DNA of 64,000 bases from Candidatus Latescibacterota bacterium (GTDB lineage Bacteria > Latescibacterota > UBA2968 > UBA8231), in assembly GCA_965221775.1 (NCBI GenBank), contig CBDCSU010000004.1, positions 736,001-800,000 of the forward strand, read 5' to 3'. Below the pieces are notes generated by a model that made no database searches, was not told the origin of the DNA, and worked only from the letters and a program-made list of their open reading frames with translations. Positions 28,001 through 35,687 of this stretch are shown piece by piece (the stretch's first letter is position 1; each line of letters starts with the position of its first letter). The translations under genes and the position numbers were made by a program.

Positions 28001-29855
28001 CCGGATCCTCGGGGGTGGCGGAGCGCCTCGGCAGCAGCCGCAGCCGGCCGTCGATGGCGACGCGGCGGTCGGGCAGGTTGCGGTCGTGGGCGGGGCCGAG
28101 CTTCTCCCACTCGGGGCCGAAGAGGCCGGGGTCGGCCAGGGCCCGGGTGAGGACCTCGTTGATCATCTCGCTCTGGCGCTGCACGTTGCCGAAGTCGACC
28201 CGGTCCGGCCGGTCCAGGGGGCTGTCGAGGACCGCGCGGCGGTCGGTGGTGGTCACCAGGTTGAGGGTCACCAGGCCCACGTCGCGCGCGATCCGGCCGT
28301 CCTCGATGAAGACGTCGTCGTCGAGGTAGCTGTCCCACGACAGACCCTTGATGGGGCTGACGAGGTTGACGAGACCGTTGGGCTCCCGCCCCAGCGCCGC
28401 GGCGGCCTCGTCGGCGTGGCGCGAGAAGCTGCGCCCGAGGGAGACGAAGAACCGGCGGTGGGCGGAGAGGCGGGCGCTGTGCACCAGACCGACCTGGTCG
28501 GACTGGCTCGACAGGTCGAGGGCCAGGAAGAGATCGATGTCGAGGCTGTCCGGCTCCAGGCGGATGCCGAGGGAGTCGGGCTTGATGCGCCGGCGCTTGA
28601 GCTGCGCCGTGAGACGTTCCAGGTCGACGGACTCGAGGACCGGCCCGCCCCCCGAGTCGCCCAGCCGCACCCCCAGGGTGTCGAGAGGGATGCCGAGGTC
28701 GGCCGTCTGCCGCACCAGCTTGTCCACCTTCAGCGAGTCGGCGACGAAGCGCTTGGGCATGCGGTTGCGGAACAGGGGCAGCCGGCGCGCGTGCCGGTCG
28801 AGGAACTGGAACAGCCCCTGGTCGCCCTGGAAGTGCGAGCCCGTGGCCACCAGCACCACCGAGCGCGCCGGCGGTTGGTCGCGCAGGTGGCGGGCCAACT
28901 CCAGAAGGGCGGCGACGCCGCAGGCGGCCTCGGCGGCGGGCGCGTCCGAGGGCACTACCGAGAGGCCGTCGTAGTAGGCGTGGACGGCTACCAGCTCCTC
29001 CGAAAGCTCCGGGTCGACGCCGGGCACGCGGCCCCAGATCGCCCAGGTGGTGTGGCTCTCGAAGTCCATGCGCGCCCGAAGGCGCACCGGCAGCTCCCCC
29101 TCGCCGAGACGCTGGCGCAGGCCCAGGGCCGCCTGCCGTCCGAGCCAGAACCGGGGCACGTCGACGGGGGTCCAGCTCCACTTGGTGCGCGACTCGAAGT
29201 TCGTCGTCTCCTCGGGCTCGACGAAGACGATCGCCCCGGCGCCGAGGGCGGCGGCGTTCTTCCAGTTCGTCCAGGTGTTGTACTCCATCAGGACGACGGC
29301 GCCGTCCATGACGTGTCCGTTGAAGTCGGCGTGCTCCCCGGCGCCGCCGTAGAACAGGTGTCCGCGCCGGCCCTCCGGTCCGAGGGTGTTGGTGCGCACG
29401 AGATTCGGCCACAGCGACTGCAGCGGGATCGTCTCCAGCACGCCGCCGCCCTCGTCGAGCAGCTCCATGGAAGCGCCGTGGTCCATGGGAACGACGATGT
29501 CGTAGGGCTCGCGCTGCACCTCCCGCACGCCAGCGGCCTTCAGCTCCCGCTCCACGAAGTCGGCGGCGAAGCGGTCCCCCGGGTAGCCGGCGATCCGCGA
29601 CCCGTGGGAGGAGAGCTGGCGGATGGTGTGGGCGATGCGGCCGAAGGCGTCGTCCTCGGGGGCCTGCTCGACTTGCGCGGGGGCCGGCGATGCGGCAGCC
29701 GGCGTCGATTCAGCGGGGGCCGGCGGCGCGGCGGCCGGCGCGGCTTCCGCGGAGGATGTCACCGGGGAAGCCAGGACCGGCGATGAGAGGGCCAGGGCCA
29801 GCGCCGGCAGGAGCGGCCGCCAGGAGGCGCCGCGAAGACGGGCGGTGCTTCTCAT
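25083..29855 (-). CDS. Large envelope protein: signal peptide, PA/M28 peptidase-like domain, TM block, FtsX-like permease
   Basis: MRSTARL...LALALSSPVLA; AYYD..VP..AP.A...GVAALLELAR; NMRRR.LRT.LT; VYERFREIGVYSSVGLAP (FtsX); ATGA overlap with upstream gene. Confidence 0.85.
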   Translation of the reverse strand: MRSTARLRGASWRPLLPALALALSSPVLASPVTSSAEAAPAAAPPAPAESTPAAASPAPAQVEQAPEDDAFGRIAHTIRQLSSHGSRIAGYPGDRFAADFVERELKAAGVREVQREPYDIVVPMDHGASMELLDEGGGVLETIPLQSLWPNLVRTNTLGPEGRRGHLFYGGAGEHADFNGHVMDGAVVLMEYNTWTNWKNAAALGAGAIVFVEPEETTNFESRTKWSWTPVDVPRFWLGRQAALGLRQRLGEGELPVRLRARMDFESHTTWAIWGRVPGVDPELSEELVAVHAYYDGLSVVPSDAPAAEAACGVAALLELARHLRDQPPARSVVLVATGSHFQGDQGLFQFLDRHARRLPLFRNRMPKRFVADSLKVDKLVRQTADLGIPLDTLGVRLGDSGGGPVLESVDLERLTAQLKRRRIKPDSLGIRLEPDSLDIDLFLALDLSSQSDQVGLVHSARLSAHRRFFVSLGRSFSRHADEAAAALGREPNGLVNLVSPIKGLSWDSYLDDDVFIEDGRIARDVGLVTLNLVTTTDRRAVLDSPLDRPDRVDFGNVQRQSEMINEVLTRALADPGLFGPEWEKLGPAHDRNLPDRRVAIDGRLRLLPRRSATPEDPVPHGTVVILHDYYPDMWRPWIALADDEGNYTVKGLSKGKVGVRGFLLDKETGEVTFATDHGERAQKIGAWEQGLTKAETVWTTILFEAESVEIHDRIHAGFHFTFGNSSRSMKVLDDRGAVPRQYGFVMGDYLERMMVLYGEPGEPLRMVDKSMVLLNNAGAVDELTAQGAGFDLSQRRLIPYASLQSTKDMWRLDDVRMERMRQFAIENPRLDALHQRSLTALEKAEEAMAALDWDRYAKYVREAIGLEYRAYPDVRGTQDDIILGLVFFVALLVPAAFFAERLLFAAPDIRRQIAWFTVIMLVIWMILAQVHPAFELAHPVIVLLALMVMVMAVFVITLVMSRFNSYMTELRQRAAGTASGDLSRSGTAYVAFMLGISNMRRRVLRTGLTLTTITMLTFTVLSFTSFKPAIRFVGFEKDWEPLYRGVLMHDIHWWSWEPPVYDYLFSHFGGSGTVAARTWMTMGFEEEGYIPMRYRGREAAALGVLGLTPEETEVTGIDRALLAGRWFDDPGESSTILAAPVAEQLGVSVEAVERGEGPLVRVFGQGWKVVGIYDPDLFEDVRDLNNEPLTPAKEKFEQFNMPGLDQMFMMNNFFADADIDVGYEHLPSARLAVMPYGRLESLGAELMSVAIAFDEEVPSRELIEEYLTRATFRLFVGMPDEEGELRTYAYSSMGATSVEGLGALVIPMLIAALIVLNTMMGAVYERFREIGVYSSVGLAPVHIAFLFIAESCVYGVLGVVIGYVLGQAGGRVLLALDLLGGVSLNYSSTAAISSALLVIAVVLLSTVYPARTASQMAVPDVVRRWQLPDPVDDIWRFPFPFTVNVNAVESLCGYLHTFFTSYGHESVGRMYTERTRVLVEEGDGGKVHTVQLLLWLAPFDMGVSQYLQFTIAPTDHPRICEIDLYIERISGPVAFWQRLNLGFMLELRKQFLVWQTLKHDIQEEHAVHCREVVMAASEVELEPAEEVAS

Positions 29856-30577
29856 GCCTCGCCCGTGCGCCTGCGGAAGAAGGCGTCCCAGTCGCGGGTC
29901 GGCTCGAAGCCGAGGATGCGGCGCGCCTTCTCCCACGTGTAGGTCCCGGGGCCGCGGTACGAGAGCACGGGGAAGCACTGGAAGTCGTCGGGGATCGACT
30001 CCGCCTCCAGGGCCAGCCTGCAGATGTGGTGGAGATCTTCCCAGACCACGGTGAAGGGGGGCGCCGCCCGCGGCCCGTCCGCCGGCTCCGGCGCCGGCCC
30101 CAGGCCGTTGAAGACGAAGTAGGCGGTCTGGATGCCGTGGGCCTGGGCGAAGACCCGGCAGATCTCGGCGCTCAGCCACTTGGAGAGCATGTAGAGGCTG
30201 CTGCCCGGCGTGGCGGGCGCGTCGTCGACGCCGAAGTCGTGATCGTAGGCGTAGCGCAACCCCTGGGGGCCGGAGTGGATGACCTTGCCGATCCCCAGCT
30301 CGGCGGCGGCCTTCATCACGTGCCAGGCGCCGGCGGTGTTGACGTCGTAGCTGTCCACCGCATGGTCGCGGACGACGGTGAAGTTCATGATCGCCTCCAT
30401 CCCCCGCGCCGCCTCCAGGACCTGCTCGTAGCAGCGCACGTCGACGTGCTCGATGGGGAGGCCCGCCGGGTGGGGCTTCACGTCGGTGAGGCGCAGGTCG
30501 TAGTCCTTCTCCAGGCCCGGCGCGAGATCGGGCCCCACCAGGCCGGAGGCGCCCAGGAGGAGGACCTTCTTCTTCAT
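29852..30577 (-). CDS. NAD-dependent epimerase/dehydratase
   Basis: VLLLGASGLVG, YMLSK (YxxxK), EKARRILGFEP. Confidence 0.88.
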   Translation of the reverse strand: MKKKVLLLGASGLVGPDLAPGLEKDYDLRLTDVKPHPAGLPIEHVDVRCYEQVLEAARGMEAIMNFTVVRDHAVDSYDVNTAGAWHVMKAAAELGIGKVIHSGPQGLRYAYDHDFGVDDAPATPGSSLYMLSKWLSAEICRVFAQAHGIQTAYFVFNGLGPAPEPADGPRAAPPFTVVWEDLHHICRLALEAESIPDDFQCFPVLSYRGPGTYTWEKARRILGFEPTRDWDAFFRRRTGEA

Positions 30578-31344
30578 GCGCCGGCCGCCGCCGCCCACTG
30601 GCGGCGGAAGTCGTGCCGCGGCTCGAAGCCCATCCCGCGCATGCCGTCGAGGAGGAACTTCGGGTGCGGCGGCTGGTGGCAGACGTGCCGCACCTGCCAG
30701 CGCCCGATCCAGTTGCGGGCGCCCGCGTGGTCGCGGCCCAGGGCCAGCCCGACGGCGGCGGCCGCATCCCGCGGGTCGAGCCAGCTGAGGTCCGGCTCGC
30801 TGCCCGCCGCGACTTGGTCCTCGCGGACCAGGCGTCCCAGCCGCAGCACGGTGACGCCGAGGGCGTAGTCGCGGGCGAACTCGCGGGTGACCTGCTCGGC
30901 CAGGTGGTACGCCAGCCGCTTCATGGCGGTCCCCGGCCGCGGCCGGTGCTGGTCGGAGACGTACACGTCGTCCGGCACCTCGTGGAAGACCTCCAGGGAG
31001 CTGCAGTAGACGAGGCGGCGGACGCCGGCTTCGACGGCGGCTTGCAGCAGGACGCTGGTCCCCCGCGTGGCGCGGTCGAGGAGGGCGCGCTCGCCCTCGC
31101 AGGAGTCGGCGGGAGGAAGGGCGGGGGGACCGGCGGGACCCGTGTGGACGATGGCGTCGACGCCGCTCACGGCGTTGCCGGCGCCTTCGGGGTCGTGGAG
31201 ATCGGCGTCGACGATGTCGATGCCGGAGGGGCCCGGTGCTTCGGAGTCCGGGTGCCGGGCGACCCGGAGGCGGTGTTCCCCGGAGAGCCTACGGAGGAGG
31301 ATGGTTCCCATGCGGCTCGTACCCTCGGATACAAGAATCCGCAT
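30574..31344 (-). CDS. NAD-dependent epimerase/dehydratase-like protein (degenerate motifs)
   Basis: ILVSEGTSRMG, AAVEAGVRRLVYCSS, TVLRLG; canonical GxxGxxG and YxxxK are altered. Confidence 0.75.
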   Translation of the reverse strand: MRILVSEGTSRMGTILLRRLSGEHRLRVARHPDSEAPGPSGIDIVDADLHDPEGAGNAVSGVDAIVHTGPAGPPALPPADSCEGERALLDRATRGTSVLLQAAVEAGVRRLVYCSSLEVFHEVPDDVYVSDQHRPRPGTAMKRLAYHLAEQVTREFARDYALGVTVLRLGRLVREDQVAAGSEPDLSWLDPRDAAAAVGLALGRDHAGARNWIGRWQVRHVCHQPPHPKFLLDGMRGMGFEPRHDFRRQWAAAAGA

Positions 31345-31445
31345 GTGTGGAACGGCTCCTGGGGCCCGCCGGAGGCTCGCGCTCGGGCGGCGGGCGGGAT
31401 GAGGGGGAAGGGCTGCCGGCAGAGTGAGTTACGCTTGCAGCGGGC

Positions 31446-31474
31446 AACCTATCGACGCCCCGGAGAGGCGTCAA
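31446..31474 (-). promoter_or_regulatory. sigma70-like promoter of the epimerase-FtsX-transporter operon
   Basis: Minus strand TTGACG(31474-31469)-17-TAGGTT(31451-31446). Confidence 0.55.
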
Positions 31475-31531
31475 GTTGAGGCGCCGGGACAGCCGCGGGC
31501 CCCGGGGAGTCCCAGGGCGCGGGTCCCGGGC

Positions 31532-32704
31532 CTAGGCGCAGAAGTTCAGGGCCGTGGCCGCATACACCCGCGCCACCCGCACCAGCTCCGCCACCGGGAC
31601 CCGCTCCTCCGTTGTGTGGGCGCCGGTCGCCGCCGGACCGTGGGTGATGGCGGGGATCCCGGCCTGGGCGCAGAAGCGGTTGCCGTCGTCGAGGAAGGGC
31701 TTGTCCGCCCAGGCCAGGGCGGCGCCGTTGACGCCCGTGACCGCAGCCTGGAAAGCCTCCACGAGCGGGTCCTCCCGCCGCAGTTCGAAGGCCTCCCCCA
31801 CGATCTGGAAGTCCACGGTCGCCTCGGCGCCGAAGCGGGAGGCCACGGACGCGGCCAGGGCCGTAAGCTCCTCGCGGGCCTCCTCTCCCCGGCCCTGGGT
31901 GACCCACCGGCGCGTGCCCCGAAGCCGGCAGGAGACCGGCGCCTGGTTGAAGATCTCCCCCGACTCGAGCTGGCCGACGAAGGCGGAATCGCGGCCGCTG
32001 ACCTCGTGGCGGATGCGGCCCAGGCGCGCGTCGAGGTCCTTCAGCTCCCCCACCAGGGCGGCCCCGGCGGCGACCACGTCCGGCGTCTCCGGGGGCCGCA
32101 GGACCTCGTGCACCGCCTCCCCCGGGCGGGTCACGCGGATGTCGAAGACCCCCATGCCGCGGCCGGCCCCCGGCAGGCGGTCGGCCAGGTACTCGGGCAG
32201 GAGCACGCCGTCGCCCACGTATCCCTCGCGGATGAGGGCCTGCAACTGCCGGCCGTCGCCCCAGGGCGCCTCGTGGTGGTCGTGGGCGGTGAGCAGGATC
32301 CCGCCGGCCCGCAGAGCGCCGGAGTCGCGCAGGGCTCGCATCGCCTCCGCGGCGGCGGCGATGCCTCCTTTCATGTCCGACGCCCCCGAGCCGGTGAGCA
32401 CACCGTCGCGGACGGCCGGCGGCTGGAACGGCAGATGCACGGTATCCAGATGTCCGTTGAACTGCAGCCAGCGCCCCGGGGCGCCGCTGTCGAGACGGGC
32501 GACCACGGCGGGCGACTCGGGCCAGTCGGCGTCGGGCCGCTCCACCTCGAAGCCATCCGCCCGCAACCGCCGCTCCAGCCGGTCCGCCGCTTCACGGGCG
32601 GATCTCGTGGGGCTGGGCGCGGCGACAAGGTCCACGGCGGTCTCCATCAGGCGGGCCTCGTCGACGGCCGCTGCCGCCGCCTGGTGATCCTCGCCGCCAG
32701 TCAT
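31532..32704 (-). CDS. M20/ArgE/DapE family metallopeptidase or deacylase
   Basis: FNGHLDTV, GSGASDMKGG, HDHHEAP in place of EE, GAHTTEERV. Confidence 0.85.
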   Translation of the reverse strand: MTGGEDHQAAAAAVDEARLMETAVDLVAAPSPTRSAREAADRLERRLRADGFEVERPDADWPESPAVVARLDSGAPGRWLQFNGHLDTVHLPFQPPAVRDGVLTGSGASDMKGGIAAAAEAMRALRDSGALRAGGILLTAHDHHEAPWGDGRQLQALIREGYVGDGVLLPEYLADRLPGAGRGMGVFDIRVTRPGEAVHEVLRPPETPDVVAAGAALVGELKDLDARLGRIRHEVSGRDSAFVGQLESGEIFNQAPVSCRLRGTRRWVTQGRGEEAREELTALAASVASRFGAEATVDFQIVGEAFELRREDPLVEAFQAAVTGVNGAALAWADKPFLDDGNRFCAQAGIPAITHGPAATGAHTTEERVPVAELVRVARVYAATALNFCA

Positions 32705-32772
32705 CTCTCTCTCCTCAACACGGGTCCTCCCCCTTTCACCATCACGGGAACTTTGGTAGTCTAAAGCTCCCC

Positions 32773-34362
32773 ATGCGACCCACACCACCACCCTACCGCA
32801 TCATCTACAACTGGGACGGGGCCCCTCACGGGTACGACGAGGTCCCCCAGTCGATGGAGTCCTTCCTGGAGCGCGTGTACGCGCCCCTGGAACAGACCCA
32901 GGTGGGCGCCCTGTTCTGGTGCGTCGGCGAGCACGCCGCGCGCTGGCCCTCCGATGTCCTCGAGCAGCTCGGCGACATCCACGGCCGGCGCTACGAAGGC
33001 GCCTGGCCGCTGGCGCACACCGAGAACATCCGCCTCATGCTGGAGCGCGGCGAGGACCCGCAGGCGGCGCTCATCGAGCGCGGCCACGGCCTGGGGCTGC
33101 AGGTCTACGCCTCGGTGCGCATGAACGACAACCACTTCAACGGCGCCCAGATCGCCGACCTGCCCACTCTGCACCACACCGAGCTGACCGAGCTGCGGCG
33201 CCGCCACCCCGAGTGGCTCCTCGGCGACCGCACCTCCGAGTGGTTCGCCCTCTCCTGGGACATGTCGGTCCCCGAGGTCCGCCGCCACCGCCTCGACCAC
33301 ATCCGCGAGGTCTGCGAGCGCTACGACTGGGACGGCGTCGAGCTGGACTGGCAGCGGCACCCCTTCCACCTGCCCGACGACGACGCCTTCCGCCTGCGCT
33401 ACGTCCTCACCGACCTGCAGAGGGCCGCGCGCCGCTGCGCTGACGAGATCGGCCGCAAACGCGGCCGTCCGCTCTTCGTCGCCGTGCGCGTGGCCGCCAA
33501 CCTGCACATGTGCGAGCAGATCGGCTACGACCTGCCCGCCTGGCTGGAGGAGGGCCTGGTGGACCTCGTCATTCCCGCCGGCGGCTCGGGCACCGACGAC
33601 GACGTGGACGTGGCCGGCTTCACCGAACTCTGCCGGCCCCATGGCGTGGCCGTGTACCCGGGCTTCGACGGCGGCCTCCCCGGCCCCTGGGTCGGCCCCG
33701 AGCCGGCGGACGACAAGGACCGCCTGAGGACCCGCGCCATCGCCGCCCGGCACTGGGACCACGGCGCCGACGGGATCTACGCCTTCAACTGGCACGCGGG
33801 CCGGGAGAACCGCCGCGAGTTGCTCACCCAGGTCGGCCGCCCCGAGAGTCTGGCCGCCACCGACAAGGTCCATGCCGCCACCCACAGGGTCCTGCAGCAC
33901 GAGGGCCCGTGGCGCGGCGCCTCCCGCAACGACCGCGTGCGCGGCACGGTCCCTGTGGCCCTCAGGGAGACGATCACCGAATCCGGCCCGGTGATCCCCC
34001 TCGACGTGGCCGACGACTTCGAGACCCACCCGCCCCGCGCCCTGGAGCTGCGCCTCCACCTGAGCGACTGGGCCCGGGGCGACGAGGTGGCCGTGCGCTG
34101 GGACGGCGCAGAGTTGCCGGCGGCCACGGTGACCTACGACACCACCGGCGACCGCCACGGGCTCTCGGGGGTGCACGCCGCCGCATGGGTGCGATTCGCA
34201 CTGGCCCCCAGCCAGGTGAAGAGCGGGCGGCACGCGGTCGAGGTGGTTCTGCGGCAGCGGCACCCGCAACTGGCGAGCGATCTCGTTTTGACCGACGTGG
34301 AGCTGGTGGTGGCCTACTCCGAAGCCCTGGCGGGCACCCTGCTGGACGCCGGCTCTCCCTGA
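32773..34362 (+). CDS. GHL10-like (family 10 glycosyl hydrolase-like) TIM-barrel protein
   Basis: IIYNWDG, VYASVRMND, YDWDGVELDWQRHP, WLEEGLVD, GADGIYAFN. Confidence 0.7.
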   Translation: MRPTPPPYRIIYNWDGAPHGYDEVPQSMESFLERVYAPLEQTQVGALFWCVGEHAARWPSDVLEQLGDIHGRRYEGAWPLAHTENIRLMLERGEDPQAALIERGHGLGLQVYASVRMNDNHFNGAQIADLPTLHHTELTELRRRHPEWLLGDRTSEWFALSWDMSVPEVRRHRLDHIREVCERYDWDGVELDWQRHPFHLPDDDAFRLRYVLTDLQRAARRCADEIGRKRGRPLFVAVRVAANLHMCEQIGYDLPAWLEEGLVDLVIPAGGSGTDDDVDVAGFTELCRPHGVAVYPGFDGGLPGPWVGPEPADDKDRLRTRAIAARHWDHGADGIYAFNWHAGRENRRELLTQVGRPESLAATDKVHAATHRVLQHEGPWRGASRNDRVRGTVPVALRETITESGPVIPLDVADDFETHPPRALELRLHLSDWARGDEVAVRWDGAELPAATVTYDTTGDRHGLSGVHAAAWVRFALAPSQVKSGRHAVEVVLRQRHPQLASDLVLTDVELVVAYSEALAGTLLDAGSP

Positions 34363-34364
34363 TC

Positions 34365-34385
34365 CCCGGGCGCCTGGCGCCCGGG
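34365..34385. terminator. Perfect GC-rich palindrome after the GHL10-like gene
   Basis: cccgggcgcc-t-ggcgcccggg immediately after the stop; no U-tract. Confidence 0.35.
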
Positions 34386-34534
34386 ACCCGTTGCGGCCGC
34401 TTCTCGCCGGTGGACGAATCACGGCGCTGAAGCGCCTCGTCCCTTCGCCCCGTCCATCTACGAATCTCCCCGTGCGTGGCCGGCACTTGGCGAGCCCTGC
34501 CGCCGCACCTTCGCCATGGCCCGTCACTTCGGTC
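34385..34534 (+). pseudogene. Collapsed remnant of the downstream enolase-superfamily gene
   Basis: 34385-34395 = 35665-35675; 34393-34486 resembles 36271-36365; 34491-34534 matches 36512-36555 at 42/44. Confidence 0.85.
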
Positions 34535-34660
34535 AGCCGATCCGTAAGGCAACCGGAGCTTTTGGGTCCATGAGCCGAAGCCGCGGCGCATCTGTGCGGC
34601 CGATGTCCGCGACCGGGTGGTGCATCACGCGATTGTCCGCGTGTTGGACCCGCTTCTCTA

Positions 34661-34689
34661 TTGACGAAATAGACAGAATAGACTATGTT
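34661..34689 (+). promoter_or_regulatory. sigma70 promoter of the antitoxin-RES module with tandem AATAGAC in the spacer
   Basis: TTGACG-17-TATGTT; spacer aaatagacagaatagac may be an autoregulatory operator. Confidence 0.65.
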
Positions 34690-34720
34690 GCTCTGCTTTC
34701 GGGTTCATCAGGAGAGACTC

Positions 34721-35317
34721 ATGCTGCAAACGAAGAGGCAAGACGTGAGGGCGTTGGCCGTCGTGGTGCAGGATGTCGCGAAAAACCTCAGCCCCCATGC
34801 GGTCACCACCCTAGTCGCACACCCCGACGCCGTGCAGTCCGCTCTGGCAGTGGCGGCCGATGCCCTCGCGGCACGAGAGGCGGGCGCGAACATCGAGATA
34901 GTCCGGGGCGCCAAGCCGCGCTTGGTCGCGACGCGAGAGGCCGACCAACACATCGCCGCGCATACCCAACCCGGAAAGCAGGAAGAATTACTCACCTCGC
35001 AAGAACTCGCCAACCGCGCCGGTCTCAAGACCCGCCAATCCGTTCACGACTGGCTGAAAAAAGGGCGCATCATAGGCTGGCAGGGAGCCAAGCGCGGCTT
35101 TGTTTTTCCCGCCGCCCAGTTCGACGACCGCGGCCAGCCTCTCGACGGACTAGATCGCATCGCCGCGCATTTCGATAACGGTTATGCCGCGTGGGTCTGG
35201 CTGACAACGCCGCGTACCGCCCTCGATGGGAGGACGCCCCTGGCCCTTCTTCGCAAAGGTGAACTTGACCAAGTGGCGGCGGCCGTTGCCGGAGACATCC
35301 AAGGCGACTTTGCGTGA
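34721..35317 (+). CDS. Xre/MbcA/ParS-type antitoxin with HTH
   Basis: LLTSQELANRAGLKTRQSVHDW HTH; FPAAQF; AWVWLTTPRTALDGRTPLALLRKG. Confidence 0.8.
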   Translation: MLQTKRQDVRALAVVVQDVAKNLSPHAVTTLVAHPDAVQSALAVAADALAAREAGANIEIVRGAKPRLVATREADQHIAAHTQPGKQEELLTSQELANRAGLKTRQSVHDWLKKGRIIGWQGAKRGFVFPAAQFDDRGQPLDGLDRIAAHFDNGYAAWVWLTTPRTALDGRTPLALLRKGELDQVAAAVAGDIQGDFA

Positions 35318-35594
35318 GCTCGATGGACCAATCCAGATTGGTGCCCCTACGGCAGTCGCTCACGACTCAAACCAGGCCGCAGGCCGGGCACTGTCAGCCG
35401 CTGCTTTCGCCGGAGTACCGGAAGCCGATGGTTTCTTGTTTCAGTCCCGGTTCACGGGGCAGCTCTGTATAGCGACGTTTGACCGGGCGATCGGCAAGCT
35501 GGATGCGCTGGAGATCACTCCCCTGATTGAGAACGTCGATTTCATCGATGCCCTAAGAGACTACGACATCCAGCTTACGACGCCACCTGAGTGA
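35310..35594 (+). pseudogene. RES-domain toxin, C-terminal half only
   Basis: GRALSAA...PEADGFLFQSRFTG..CIATFDRA; the N-terminal R/E part is missing. Confidence 0.7.
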
Positions 35595-35687
35595 ACAGTG
35601 CCAGTGATGCGACAGCTTTCCTTACGAGAAGCGTTGACCTAGGCCCGTACATTTGCCGATCTGAGACCCGTTGCGCCCTCCTCTCCA

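Noticed and set aside
25083-30767. 1894-aa ORF as listed
   Set aside because: The first 304 codons overlap the epimerase genes in another frame; the real start is most likely ATG 29855 with a signal peptide.
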